This document shows, in pieces, positions 1-8,246 of a stretch of DNA of 64,000 nucleotides; position 1 is the first letter of the stretch, and each line of letters starts with the position of its first letter. The position numbers and the translations under genes were made by a program. Below the pieces are notes generated by a model. It was not told the origin of the DNA and made no database searches. It saw only the letters and a list, made by a program, of their open reading frames with translations. Source of the DNA: an uncultured Fibrobacterota bacterium (GTDB taxonomy: Bacteria; Fibrobacterota; Chitinivibrionia; Chitinivibrionales; FEN-1185); the NCBI GenBank assembly GCA_963729895.1, contig CAVSQB010000031.1:25639-89638 (forward strand), given 5' to 3'.

Positions 1-283
1 ATGCTCTTTACGTACCTGTCTCCTTCGTACCGATTAACAATGCGCCAGAATCCCTTCCGATTCAACAGTTGCGTTATCTGATTGAATATTGTATTTCTTC
101 TGTTCAAGGGCTGCCTCCTCTTTTTAATCGTCAAAAACTAAACCTTCAACGATAAAAATAGGTTGGTAGCCCTTCTCTTGTTGTCAATTTAACCGGACAC
201 TACTGGCTGCGAGTAAGCAGTAGGTTTCAGTCGATAGGTTAAGTACACAGTTCCTCAGTACCTCCTACATTTCTTAAAGGGCG

Positions 284-315
284 AACCTGCCGGGGCAGCC
301 ACGGCAGGTTTTTTT
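284..315 (+). terminator. Rho-independent terminator (unit 1 of a paralogous pair)
   Basis: Stem AACCTGCCG (284-292) / CGGCAGGTT (302-310) followed by a T run. Confidence 0.75.
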
Positions 316-627
316 ATTTAAGAACCGGTCTGGCAGATCAATAGTTCGCCCGGACCAAGGAGCGCGGGTGGAAACGCACGGCCGTTGCAGGGCGTGGCTG
401 GAATCGCAAGACCGCACGGTTCGGCTCGTATCCTTGCACCTTGGGCTTTAAAGAGAGGAAAAGTTGCAGCTATCCCAGGCAAGCAGGTTCTATAACTTAT
501 TGGCAGGAAATGTGGTTACCCGTTGCTGAACTAAATATTCAGATGGGACAATTTATTCCGGCCACCCTCCGTAGTACTATTGACTGCTGACGAGTAGTAA
601 GCAATGAACCTCCTTTAGGTGATGGTG

Positions 628-662
628 AAAACCTGCAGGTTGCAGTCGCCTGCAGGTTTTTT
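628..662 (+). terminator. Rho-independent terminator (unit 2); A-run on the left means it may also terminate ettA on the minus strand
   Basis: Stem AAAACCTGCAGG (628-639) / CCTGCAGGTTTT (649-660); lies about 70 nt past the ettA stop. Confidence 0.75.
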
Positions 663-730
663 ATTGGTGGTCTGCGGAACGAATAGTTACGCGATCAAAC
701 AAATGTTGCGCAACTTTGTTGAGCGCCTGT

Positions 731-2407
731 TCACCTCACCAGCTTCTTGTACTTAATTCTCCTCGGTTGTTCGGAATCCATTCCCAGCCTCGCCAGCTTC
801 GCTTCTTCGTAGTCCGCAAAATTGCCCTCATACCAGTACGTCTGGCTTTCGCCCTCAAAAGCAAGGATATGGGTTGCGATCCGGTTGAGGAACCACCGGT
901 CGTGGGTGATGACGACCACGCAGCCGGAAAAATCCAATATCGCCTGTTCGAGCGCCTGGAGCGTTTCCACGTCGAGGTCATTGGTGGGTTCGTCGAGCAG
1001 AAGCACGTTGCCGCCGGTCTGGAGCAGTTTGGCAAGATGCACCCTGTTGCGCTCGCCGCCCGAACAGTCTTTGATCGGCTTCTGCTGGTCGGAGCCGGAA
1101 AAGTTGAACCTGCCGACATAGGCGCGGGAGTTCATTTCCAGTTTGCCAAGCCGTATGATGTCCTGGCCGCGCGTGATTTCCTGGAAAATGGTGTTCTCCG
1201 GGTTGAGCGCGTCGCGGTTCTGGTCAACGTAGGAAAGCTGGACCGATTCCCCTATGGTAAGCTTACCCGCATCCGCCTTTTCCTGGCCCGTGATGATTTT
1301 GCACAACGTGGTCTTGCCCGCGCCGTTGGGCCCGATGATGCCCACGATGCCCGCGCGGGGCAGGCTGAAACTCATGTTTTCGAATAACAGTTTGTCGCCG
1401 TAGCCCTTGCCCAGGTTTTCCGCGCGTATAACAAGGTCGCCCAGCCGGGGACCGTGCGGTATGACGATCGTGGCGGTGCCGAGTTTCTCCGGCCCTTCAT
1501 GGCTGCGCAACTCCTCGTACGCGTTAAGCCGCGCCTTGCCCTTGGCCTGACGCGCCCGCTGCGACAGATGTATCCAGTCGAGCTCCTTTTTCAGGCGCGC
1601 CTGCCTGTTGCTTTCTTCGCGTTCCTCCTGCTCCATGCGCTGTGTTTTCTGTTCGAGCCACGACGAGTAATTGCCCTGCCACGGGATGCCTCTTCCCCTG
1701 TCAAGCTCGAGTATCCAGCCCGCAACGTTGTCGAGAAAATACCGGTCGTGCGTGGTGAGGATAACGGAACCTTTGTATTCCTTGAGATGCCGCTCGAGCC
1801 AGGCCACCGATTCCGCATCCAGGTGGTTTGTCGGTTCGTCGAGGAGAAGCAGGTCGGGTTCCTCCAACAAAAGCCGGCACAAAGCGACGCGGCGCCTTTC
1901 GCCGCCGGAAAGCGTTGCAACGGTCGCGTCTGCCGGCGGCAGTCGCAGGGCGTCCATGGCTATTTCCATGTGGCGGTCAAGCTCCCACAGATCGGCCGCG
2001 TCTATCCGGTCCTGCAGTTTTGCCTGGCGGTCCATGAGCTTCTGCATGGCTTCGTCGGACATGGATTCGCCGAATGCGGCCGAAACGTCGTCGAATTCCT
2101 TGAGAATCGCCCGCTTGTGCGCCACGGCAATTTCGACGTTTCCCCTTACGTCAAGTTTCTCGTCGAGAACGGGTTCCTGCGGCAGATACCCCACGGTGCG
2201 GCCCTGCTCGATCCATGCCTCGCCCTGGAACTCGGTGTCAAGGCCTGCCATGATTCGCATGAGCGTGCTCTTGCCCGAACCGTTGATGCCGATGATCCCG
2301 ATTTTGGCGCCGTAATAGAATGAAAGCGAGATTTCCTTAAGCACTTCCTTCTTGGGCGGGAAAATTTTGGTCATTCTGCTCATAAAGTAGACGAATTTTT
2401 CGGGCAT
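731..2407 (-). CDS. ettA: Energy-dependent translational throttle protein EttA (ABC-F ATPase)
   Basis: Two ABC domains (GINGSGKST, LSGGERRR, GPNGAGKTT, LLLDEPTN) and typical ends (SLSFYYGAKIG; PRRIKYKKL). Start placed at ATG 2407 (MPEKFVYF); the upstream ORF extension is low-complexity repeat sequence. Confidence 0.95.
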   Translation of the reverse strand: MPEKFVYFMSRMTKIFPPKKEVLKEISLSFYYGAKIGIIGINGSGKSTLMRIMAGLDTEFQGEAWIEQGRTVGYLPQEPVLDEKLDVRGNVEIAVAHKRAILKEFDDVSAAFGESMSDEAMQKLMDRQAKLQDRIDAADLWELDRHMEIAMDALRLPPADATVATLSGGERRRVALCRLLLEEPDLLLLDEPTNHLDAESVAWLERHLKEYKGSVILTTHDRYFLDNVAGWILELDRGRGIPWQGNYSSWLEQKTQRMEQEEREESNRQARLKKELDWIHLSQRARQAKGKARLNAYEELRSHEGPEKLGTATIVIPHGPRLGDLVIRAENLGKGYGDKLLFENMSFSLPRAGIVGIIGPNGAGKTTLCKIITGQEKADAGKLTIGESVQLSYVDQNRDALNPENTIFQEITRGQDIIRLGKLEMNSRAYVGRFNFSGSDQQKPIKDCSGGERNRVHLAKLLQTGGNVLLLDEPTNDLDVETLQALEQAILDFSGCVVVITHDRWFLNRIATHILAFEGESQTYWYEGNFADYEEAKLARLGMDSEQPRRIKYKKLVR

Positions 2408-2534
2408 GGATAGGCGTTCTTTCTTGGTGATTTTGTGAGGTCCGATTTCTCGTACTAGTTTTTGTTGAGGAGTAAAATAACTTGAAGAAGATGTTTGCGG
2501 GGACTGAATCAAGAAGAGAATAAAATAGGAAGGT

Positions 2535-2667
2535 TGGGCGCCTGCCTTCGGCACCGGCCCTCGCTCCGGTCTCGGCCTTCGGCCTCCGGCCGCCACGGCA
2601 CTAGGCCGCTTCGCGGTGCGTCCGGGCGGCACCGCGTTCTAGCGCGGCCTCCGTTCCGGCCTGGCGC
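2535..2667. repeat. Multi-hairpin GC-rich intergenic element, family B copy 1
   Basis: TGGGCGCC-hairpin-YCGGCCCT ... GGCRGCACCGCGYTCYAGCGCG..CTCC..TCCGGCCTGGCGC, shared with 34968-35128; three cTTCGg/cTTCGc loops. Confidence 0.75.
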
Positions 2668-3032
2668 AAGCGCAGGAGACAAGTGCTTGCTTGCATATTT
2701 ATCACTTCTTGACATACGCTAACCTACGAAAGTGATTGTGCCCCAAGTAGCCATCGCCGCGTGGCGGCATGCCGCTGAGGTTGCGTTGCGAAGGGGCGAC
2801 GCCGCGCGAGCGTAAGTCGAGCGCGATCGCGCGCACCTTCGCTGGAGGGGGTATGCCCCAAGACACCGCAGTCCCGCGGGACGAGGAGGCGTGGGGCCAG
2901 GGGGAAACGCCAAGCGGTGCCCCCACCAGCTTTTACTGTATAGATGTAAACGGTAAAAATTCTCACAACCGGTTCCCCTTTAACCTCATCACACAATGAA
3001 TTATTTTGAGGCTTCTCCCGACGCACCTGTTT

Positions 3033-3050
3033 TTGTGAAATTTATCACGT
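3033..3050 (+). promoter_or_regulatory. Candidate Rex (or CRP/FNR-family) operator upstream of the hydrogenase operon
   Basis: TTGTGAAATTTATCACGT matches 11 of 14 defined positions of the Rex consensus TTGTGAA-N4-TTCACAA; 58 nt before the first gene. Confidence 0.55.
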
Positions 3051-3108
3051 AAGTTCTTTTCCGCTTCCCTTCCTCGAATTGTCAAAGTGAAAAGGGGAAA
3101 TCCGATTT

Positions 3109-4140
3109 ATGGAACTCCTGCAGATTTCAAAAGAAGGGCTTCTTGATTTTGTCGGAACCCTGGTTGCCGGCCCGCTTGACATCATCGGCATTGTGCAGAA
3201 AGACGGCCGGTTTGACTACGACAAACTCGAGGACGCAAAAAGCCTTCGACTGGATTTCGACGAGGCGCTGTACTCGCCCAAGCGGTACCTGTTTCCGCCC
3301 AAGGAAGCGCTTCTCTCCTATGCGCCGAAGGACCCGGCCTCGTATGAGCCGGTGTACGCCCAAAAGCCGCAGGCGATTATCGGCATTCATCCGGGAGATC
3401 TGGCGGCAATCGCCATGCTCGACAAGGCATTTACGGAAGCGAACATCGACGCCCACTATTGCGCCCGCAGGGAAAAAACCACGCTCGTCGGCATTTACCC
3501 GACAAAACCGGGAGCCTACCGGTTTACGTCGTCGATGATCAAGCCCCAGGAACCGTACCTGGCGGCCGACGCCTTTCTCGTCGACCTGGGCGGCGATTCG
3601 TATGCCGTGGAAATCGTCACCGACCGCGGCAAGGAGTTCTTTTCTACCAGCGCGGCAACGGCTGCGGAGGCGGACACAAAGACAAGAGCCGAACGCATGA
3701 AGACTGCGGTGAAAGACCCCGTTTCTCTTTCTGTAAAGAGAGACGATCTGCCCTCGTTCCTGGACGGCAAAGAACATCACCCGGTGTGGGAAACGCGCGC
3801 AGCCAAATGTTTTTCCTGCGGTTCGTGCGTCACCGTATGTCCAACCTGCTACTGCTTCGACGTGCTCGACGAACTCGACCTGTCGTTCGAATACGGCCTT
3901 CGCTTCCGCACGTGGGACGCGTGCGTGCTCGATCCCTTTGCCGTGTGCGCGGGCGGGCACAACTTCCGCAAGAAACCGGCCGACCGGATACGGCACCGGC
4001 TCTACCGGAAGCAGAAGTTCCTTCTTGAAAAACTCGGCCTTGCCGGATGCGTCGGCTGCGGGCGGTGCAAAAAAGCGTGCGTGCCCGACATCGCGTTTCC
4101 GCCCGACATCGACAACGACCTGCTCGGAAAGGGGGCATAA
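3109..4140 (+). CDS. hydB: Group 3b [NiFe]-hydrogenase (sulfhydrogenase) beta subunit, 4Fe-4S dicluster protein
   Basis: CFSCGSCVTVCPTCYCF and CVGCGRCKKAC motifs, RTWDAC; first gene of the four-gene operon. Confidence 0.88.
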   Translation: MELLQISKEGLLDFVGTLVAGPLDIIGIVQKDGRFDYDKLEDAKSLRLDFDEALYSPKRYLFPPKEALLSYAPKDPASYEPVYAQKPQAIIGIHPGDLAAIAMLDKAFTEANIDAHYCARREKTTLVGIYPTKPGAYRFTSSMIKPQEPYLAADAFLVDLGGDSYAVEIVTDRGKEFFSTSAATAAEADTKTRAERMKTAVKDPVSLSVKRDDLPSFLDGKEHHPVWETRAAKCFSCGSCVTVCPTCYCFDVLDELDLSFEYGLRFRTWDACVLDPFAVCAGGHNFRKKPADRIRHRLYRKQKFLLEKLGLAGCVGCGRCKKACVPDIAFPPDIDNDLLGKGA

Positions 4141-4141
4141 C

Positions 4142-4993
4142 ATGTGCGAAGGATGCGGATGCCGGCAACAGGAATCGCTCTACATGCCCAGGACGGCAAC
4201 CGTGGTGCGCACCAGCCCCCTCACCGACAAGGACAGGTTCTTCGAATTCAAGCTTGACGGACAAGATTTGGGCCACAAGCCGGGCCAGTTTGCCGAACTT
4301 TCCATTCCCGGCATCGGCGAGGCGCCCATTTCCGTCTCGTCATCGCCCACAAAAAAGGGAAGTTTCGAAATGGTGATACGCAAAGTGGGGAAAGTCACCA
4401 GCGCCATCCACGATCTGAAATCCGGGGACACCCTCGGCGTGCGCGGGCCGTTCGGCACGCATTTTCCCATGGACGAATTGCACGGCAAAGACCTGTTTTT
4501 TATCGGCGGAGGGATCGGACTCGTTCCCATGCGCTCGGCAATCAATTTTGCATTTGACAACAGGAAGAACTACGGCGCCATCACCATCCTTTTCGGCTGT
4601 GTGGACCCGGGCCAGCGGCTCTTTGTGGACGAGTTGAAACGATGGGGCGCGCTGGAGGGCATCACGTTTCTGGAAACCGTGGACCGGTGCAAGGAAGGAG
4701 AATGGAAAGGGAACGTCGGCGTCATCACCACCCTTTTTCCGAAAGTGAAAGATACCGTCAATCCGAAAACAGCCGCGGCGATCGTCGTGGGCCCGCCGAT
4801 CATGTACAAATTCGTGATCCTGGAACTGCGCTCCATGGGATTCAAGGAGGCGGATGTCATCGTTTCGCTGGAGCGCAGGATGAAATGCGGAGTCGGCAAG
4901 TGCGGTCACTGCCAGATCGACGGCGTGTACGTGTGCCAGGATGGTCCGGTGTTTACGCTCGAGAGCATTTCGCACCTCGTGGAGGCGCTGTAA
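4142..4993 (+). CDS. hydG: Hydrogenase gamma subunit, FAD/NAD(P)-binding with 2Fe-2S
   Basis: PGQF, GEAPISVSS, RGPFG, GGGIGLVP, MKCGVGKCGHC, VCQDGPVF; ATG at 4142 immediately after the previous stop. Confidence 0.9.
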   Translation: MCEGCGCRQQESLYMPRTATVVRTSPLTDKDRFFEFKLDGQDLGHKPGQFAELSIPGIGEAPISVSSSPTKKGSFEMVIRKVGKVTSAIHDLKSGDTLGVRGPFGTHFPMDELHGKDLFFIGGGIGLVPMRSAINFAFDNRKNYGAITILFGCVDPGQRLFVDELKRWGALEGITFLETVDRCKEGEWKGNVGVITTLFPKVKDTVNPKTAAAIVVGPPIMYKFVILELRSMGFKEADVIVSLERRMKCGVGKCGHCQIDGVYVCQDGPVFTLESISHLVEAL

Positions 4994-4994
4994 C

Positions 4995-5741
4995 ATGAAA
5001 CCAAGAGTCGCGTTTTTCGATTTCGCATGCTGTGAAGGGTGCCAGCTCCAGGTGGCCAACCTCGAGGAGGACATTCTCGGGCTGGTCAACCTTGTTGACG
5101 TGGTGGAATTCCGTGAAGTGCTCACCGGCAGCGCCCCGGACTACGACGTCGCATTCATCGAAGGTTCCATCACCAGGCTCGAAGATGAGGCGCGCCTTAA
5201 GGACATCCGCAGCCGCTCAAAGCTGCTCGTATCCTACGGCGCATGTGCGGCAACCGGAGGGGTGAACAAGATAAAGAACCTGTGGGGCAACATCGAGAAG
5301 GTCAAGAAAGAAGTGTACGGGAAGTACGCAGGCATGCCCCATCTCGCAACCTATCCCACCAAGGCGGTGCACGAAGTCGTGAAAGTCGATTACTTCGTTC
5401 ACGGTTGCCCCATTACGCGCTCCGAGTTTCTCAAAGTCGTCAAGGCTCTGGTCTTCGGCACCACGCCCGACATACCCGAATATCCGGTGTGCGTAGAATG
5501 CAAGATGAGCGGCAACGAATGCATGTTCGATAAAGGCGGCGTCTGCCTGGGACCGGTCACGCGCGCGGGCTGCAACGCGATATGCCCGGGCAACAACGTG
5601 TCGTGCGAAGGATGCCGGGGCGCGGTGCCCAACCCGAACAACAACGCCATGCACGAGGTCCTGGCGAAATACAAGCTGTCGGTTGACGACATCAAACGTC
5701 AGTTCACCATGTACGCGTTAGATCCGGAGGTCGGGAAATGA
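4995..5741 (+). CDS. hydD: Hydrogenase small (delta) subunit
   Basis: CCEGCQ, IEGSI, GACAATGG, HGCP, VCVEC, CLGPVTRAGCNAICP..CEGCRG. Confidence 0.9.
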   Translation: MKPRVAFFDFACCEGCQLQVANLEEDILGLVNLVDVVEFREVLTGSAPDYDVAFIEGSITRLEDEARLKDIRSRSKLLVSYGACAATGGVNKIKNLWGNIEKVKKEVYGKYAGMPHLATYPTKAVHEVVKVDYFVHGCPITRSEFLKVVKALVFGTTPDIPEYPVCVECKMSGNECMFDKGGVCLGPVTRAGCNAICPGNNVSCEGCRGAVPNPNNNAMHEVLAKYKLSVDDIKRQFTMYALDPEVGK

Positions 5742-7018
5742 GCTCCAACGACATTCACATAGACGTGCACCATGTCACCAGGGTCGAAGGACACGGGAAC
5801 ATCCTTGTCGACATAGACAAAGGGGAAGTAAAAACGGTTCGCTGGAGCGTTCCCGAGGCCCCGCGCTTCTTCGAGGCAATGGTTGTGGGACGGGATTGCA
5901 CCGAACTGCAGCCCATCACCTCGCGAATCTGCGGCATCTGTTCGATAGGGCACTCCTTTGCATCACTCAAGGCCACCGAGGCCGCCATGCGCATCACCAT
6001 TTCCGAGCAGACCCACAGGCTCCGCAGGATATTGAATCACGGTGAAAATCTGCAAAGCCATGTTCTCCATGTCGGGTACCTTGCCCTTCCCGACCTTCTC
6101 AAAGTTGGAAGCGTTATCCCTCTGGCAACCACGCACAAGGACGCGGTGCTCCTTGTTGTCAAGTTGCACCGCCTGGCGAATGAAACCTGCGACATCGTGG
6201 GCGGCCGCACCACACACCCCATCCGCACCTGCATCGGCGGGTTCACCAAGGTGCCCGCCGAAAAAGAACTTGCAGCGCTCAAGGCCCGTTTCGAGGCAGC
6301 GATTCCGGATCTCAAGACCCTTGCTGGTGTTGTCAAATCAGTTGCCGGCGGCCTGCCGGACTTTGTGCGGGAAACGGAATACGTGTCGCTCACCGATCAG
6401 GCGGAATATGCCCTGTACGACGGAATGATTAAATCCACCGACGTCGAGGACGCAATCCCGGTTGACCAGTATCTCCGCGTCACAAACGAATACATGAATT
6501 CGCAATCCACCGCCAAATGGGCAAAATTCAACCGCGAATCCTATATGGCCGGTGCGCTGGCGCGATTCAACAACAACCATGCCCGGCTTCCCCCGCTCGC
6601 CAGGGCCGTTGCCGCCGATCTGGGACTGGCCGCCCCGTGTTACAATCCGTACTTCAACACCGTGGCGCAGGTCGTGGAATGCGTCTATTCGGTGGAAAGA
6701 ACCATCGAGCACCTGAACTGGCTCCTTGACAAAGGCATCAAGAACGAACCCGTCTCCGTGAGGCCTCGCGAGGGCCGCGGCGTGGGCGCCGTGGAGGTGC
6801 CGCGCGGCATCCTGTTCCACGATTACACCTACGATAAGAACGGAAAATGCGTCAAGGCGAACTGCATTATCCCCACCAACCAGAACCATGCCAACATCCA
6901 GAAGGACATGGACAAGCTGGTGCCGCAGTTCAAAGACCGGGGAAAAGACGAACTGCAGTTGATGCTCGAGATGCTTGTGCGCGCGTACGATCCGTGTATT
7001 TCGTGCTCGACGCACTGA
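5738..7018 (+). CDS. hydA: [NiFe]-hydrogenase large (alpha) subunit, group 3b type
   Basis: TRVEGHG, EAPRFFE, L1 RICGIC, EVPRG, L2 DPCISCSTH at the C-terminus. Confidence 0.95.
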   Translation: MSSNDIHIDVHHVTRVEGHGNILVDIDKGEVKTVRWSVPEAPRFFEAMVVGRDCTELQPITSRICGICSIGHSFASLKATEAAMRITISEQTHRLRRILNHGENLQSHVLHVGYLALPDLLKVGSVIPLATTHKDAVLLVVKLHRLANETCDIVGGRTTHPIRTCIGGFTKVPAEKELAALKARFEAAIPDLKTLAGVVKSVAGGLPDFVRETEYVSLTDQAEYALYDGMIKSTDVEDAIPVDQYLRVTNEYMNSQSTAKWAKFNRESYMAGALARFNNNHARLPPLARAVAADLGLAAPCYNPYFNTVAQVVECVYSVERTIEHLNWLLDKGIKNEPVSVRPREGRGVGAVEVPRGILFHDYTYDKNGKCVKANCIIPTNQNHANIQKDMDKLVPQFKDRGKDELQLMLEMLVRAYDPCISCSTH

Positions 7019-7065
7019 GTTGACGGGCCAATGCGTTGATGAGTTGATGAGTATACAAAACCATG

Positions 7066-7200
7066 GTCATCGCGAGTCCTTCGACTTTGCTCAGGACAGG
7101 CTCCGCGAAGCGATCTCCCGTTGATCCTTCAAAAGATAGATTTGCCTCTCATTGTAACTCACTTATTCTCTTCTTTGCGCCCTTTGCGTCTTTGCGGTGA
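7066..7200. repeat. Cluster of short REP-like palindromic/tandem motifs between hydA and hypA
   Basis: GTCATCGCGAG..CCTTCGACTTTGCTCAGGACAGG..CGAAGCGATCTC (7066-7118) and CTTTGCG x3 (7173-7197). Confidence 0.5.
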
Positions 7201-7221
7201 GGTCTTTTTCAGGAAATCCCG

Positions 7222-7557
7222 ATGCACGAATATTCCGTCGCCTGCGAAATAGCTGCCCTTGTCAAGCAATCCGCGCAAGGCCGCCCCGTAAAACAAATCT
7301 CGCTCGCCGTGGGAGCGCTGAGTGGTATATTTACCGAGTCTCTGCTCATGTATCTGGGGCTGGTCCTGCCCGACATGGGCATGAACAATGTCGCAATCGA
7401 AACCAAAGACGTGCCGGCCACCTTCGCGTGCACGTGCGGAGCGACGTACGCGGCCGACACCGTCGCTTCGGTATGCCCCGCGTGCGGCGGATACAACAGA
7501 ACAATCACCGCGGGCGCCGATTGCACGGTGGAAAGCATCGAGGTAGAGGATGATTGA
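7222..7557 (+). CDS. hypA: Hydrogenase nickel metallochaperone HypA
   Basis: N-terminal MHE; Zn ligands CTCG and CPACG. Confidence 0.93.
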   Translation: MHEYSVACEIAALVKQSAQGRPVKQISLAVGALSGIFTESLLMYLGLVLPDMGMNNVAIETKDVPATFACTCGATYAADTVASVCPACGGYNRTITAGADCTVESIEVEDD

Positions 7558-8203
7558 AAAACTGCGGCTTGCGAAAAGTGCGCATGCGCTCAACGACGTG
7601 GTTGCGGAGCACAACAGGCGCATGTTCAAAGAGGCCGGAATCACCGTTGTCAATATGATCAGCTCTCCCGGCTCCGGCAAGACGTCTCTCCTCGAAGCGC
7701 TTGCGCGGCGCATGCACCGCACGCTCCTGGTGATCACGGGCGACATCCAGACCCAACTCGACAAAGAGAGAATCGAAAAAGCCGGCGCCCAGGCAATCCA
7801 GATCGAGACGCGGGGATCGTGCCACCTGTCGGCCGCCATGATAAACGCTGTCGTCAAGGGGCTTTCGTTCTCCGGCCTCGAACTCCTCGTGATCGAAAAC
7901 GTCGGCAATCTCGTGTGCCCGTCTTCCTACGACCTTGGCGAACACGAGAAGATTGCCGTGCTGTCGGTCGCCGAAGGAGACGAGAAGCCGATCAAGTATC
8001 CCACCCTGTTCATCCGGGCCGGCGCCGTGGTGATCAACAAGATCGACCTGTTGCCATATGTCAATTTCGACATGGACCGCGCGCTCAGCGACGTCAGAAA
8101 GTTGAAGCACGACGCGGAGATCTTCAAGACGTCGTGCGTTACCGGGGAAGGGATAGACGGGCTGTCGTCTTATCTTGGAAGCCTGCGGTCTCTCGTCCCC
8201 TGA
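7550..8203 (+). CDS. hypB: Hydrogenase nickel incorporation GTPase HypB
   Basis: SSPGSGKT, CHL, IENVGNLVCP, DLGE, KPIKYP, NKIDL. Confidence 0.96.
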   Translation: MIEKLRLAKSAHALNDVVAEHNRRMFKEAGITVVNMISSPGSGKTSLLEALARRMHRTLLVITGDIQTQLDKERIEKAGAQAIQIETRGSCHLSAAMINAVVKGLSFSGLELLVIENVGNLVCPSSYDLGEHEKIAVLSVAEGDEKPIKYPTLFIRAGAVVINKIDLLPYVNFDMDRALSDVRKLKHDAEIFKTSCVTGEGIDGLSSYLGSLRSLVP

Positions 8204-8246
8204 CCGGGGCCGGTCCGCCCCTTTCTCCCCGGAAGCCCCTCGCGCC

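Noticed and set aside
7016..7018. TGA after hydA as selenocysteine or readthrough
   Set aside because: It follows the terminal His rather than replacing a Cys ligand, and another in-frame stop follows within a few codons.
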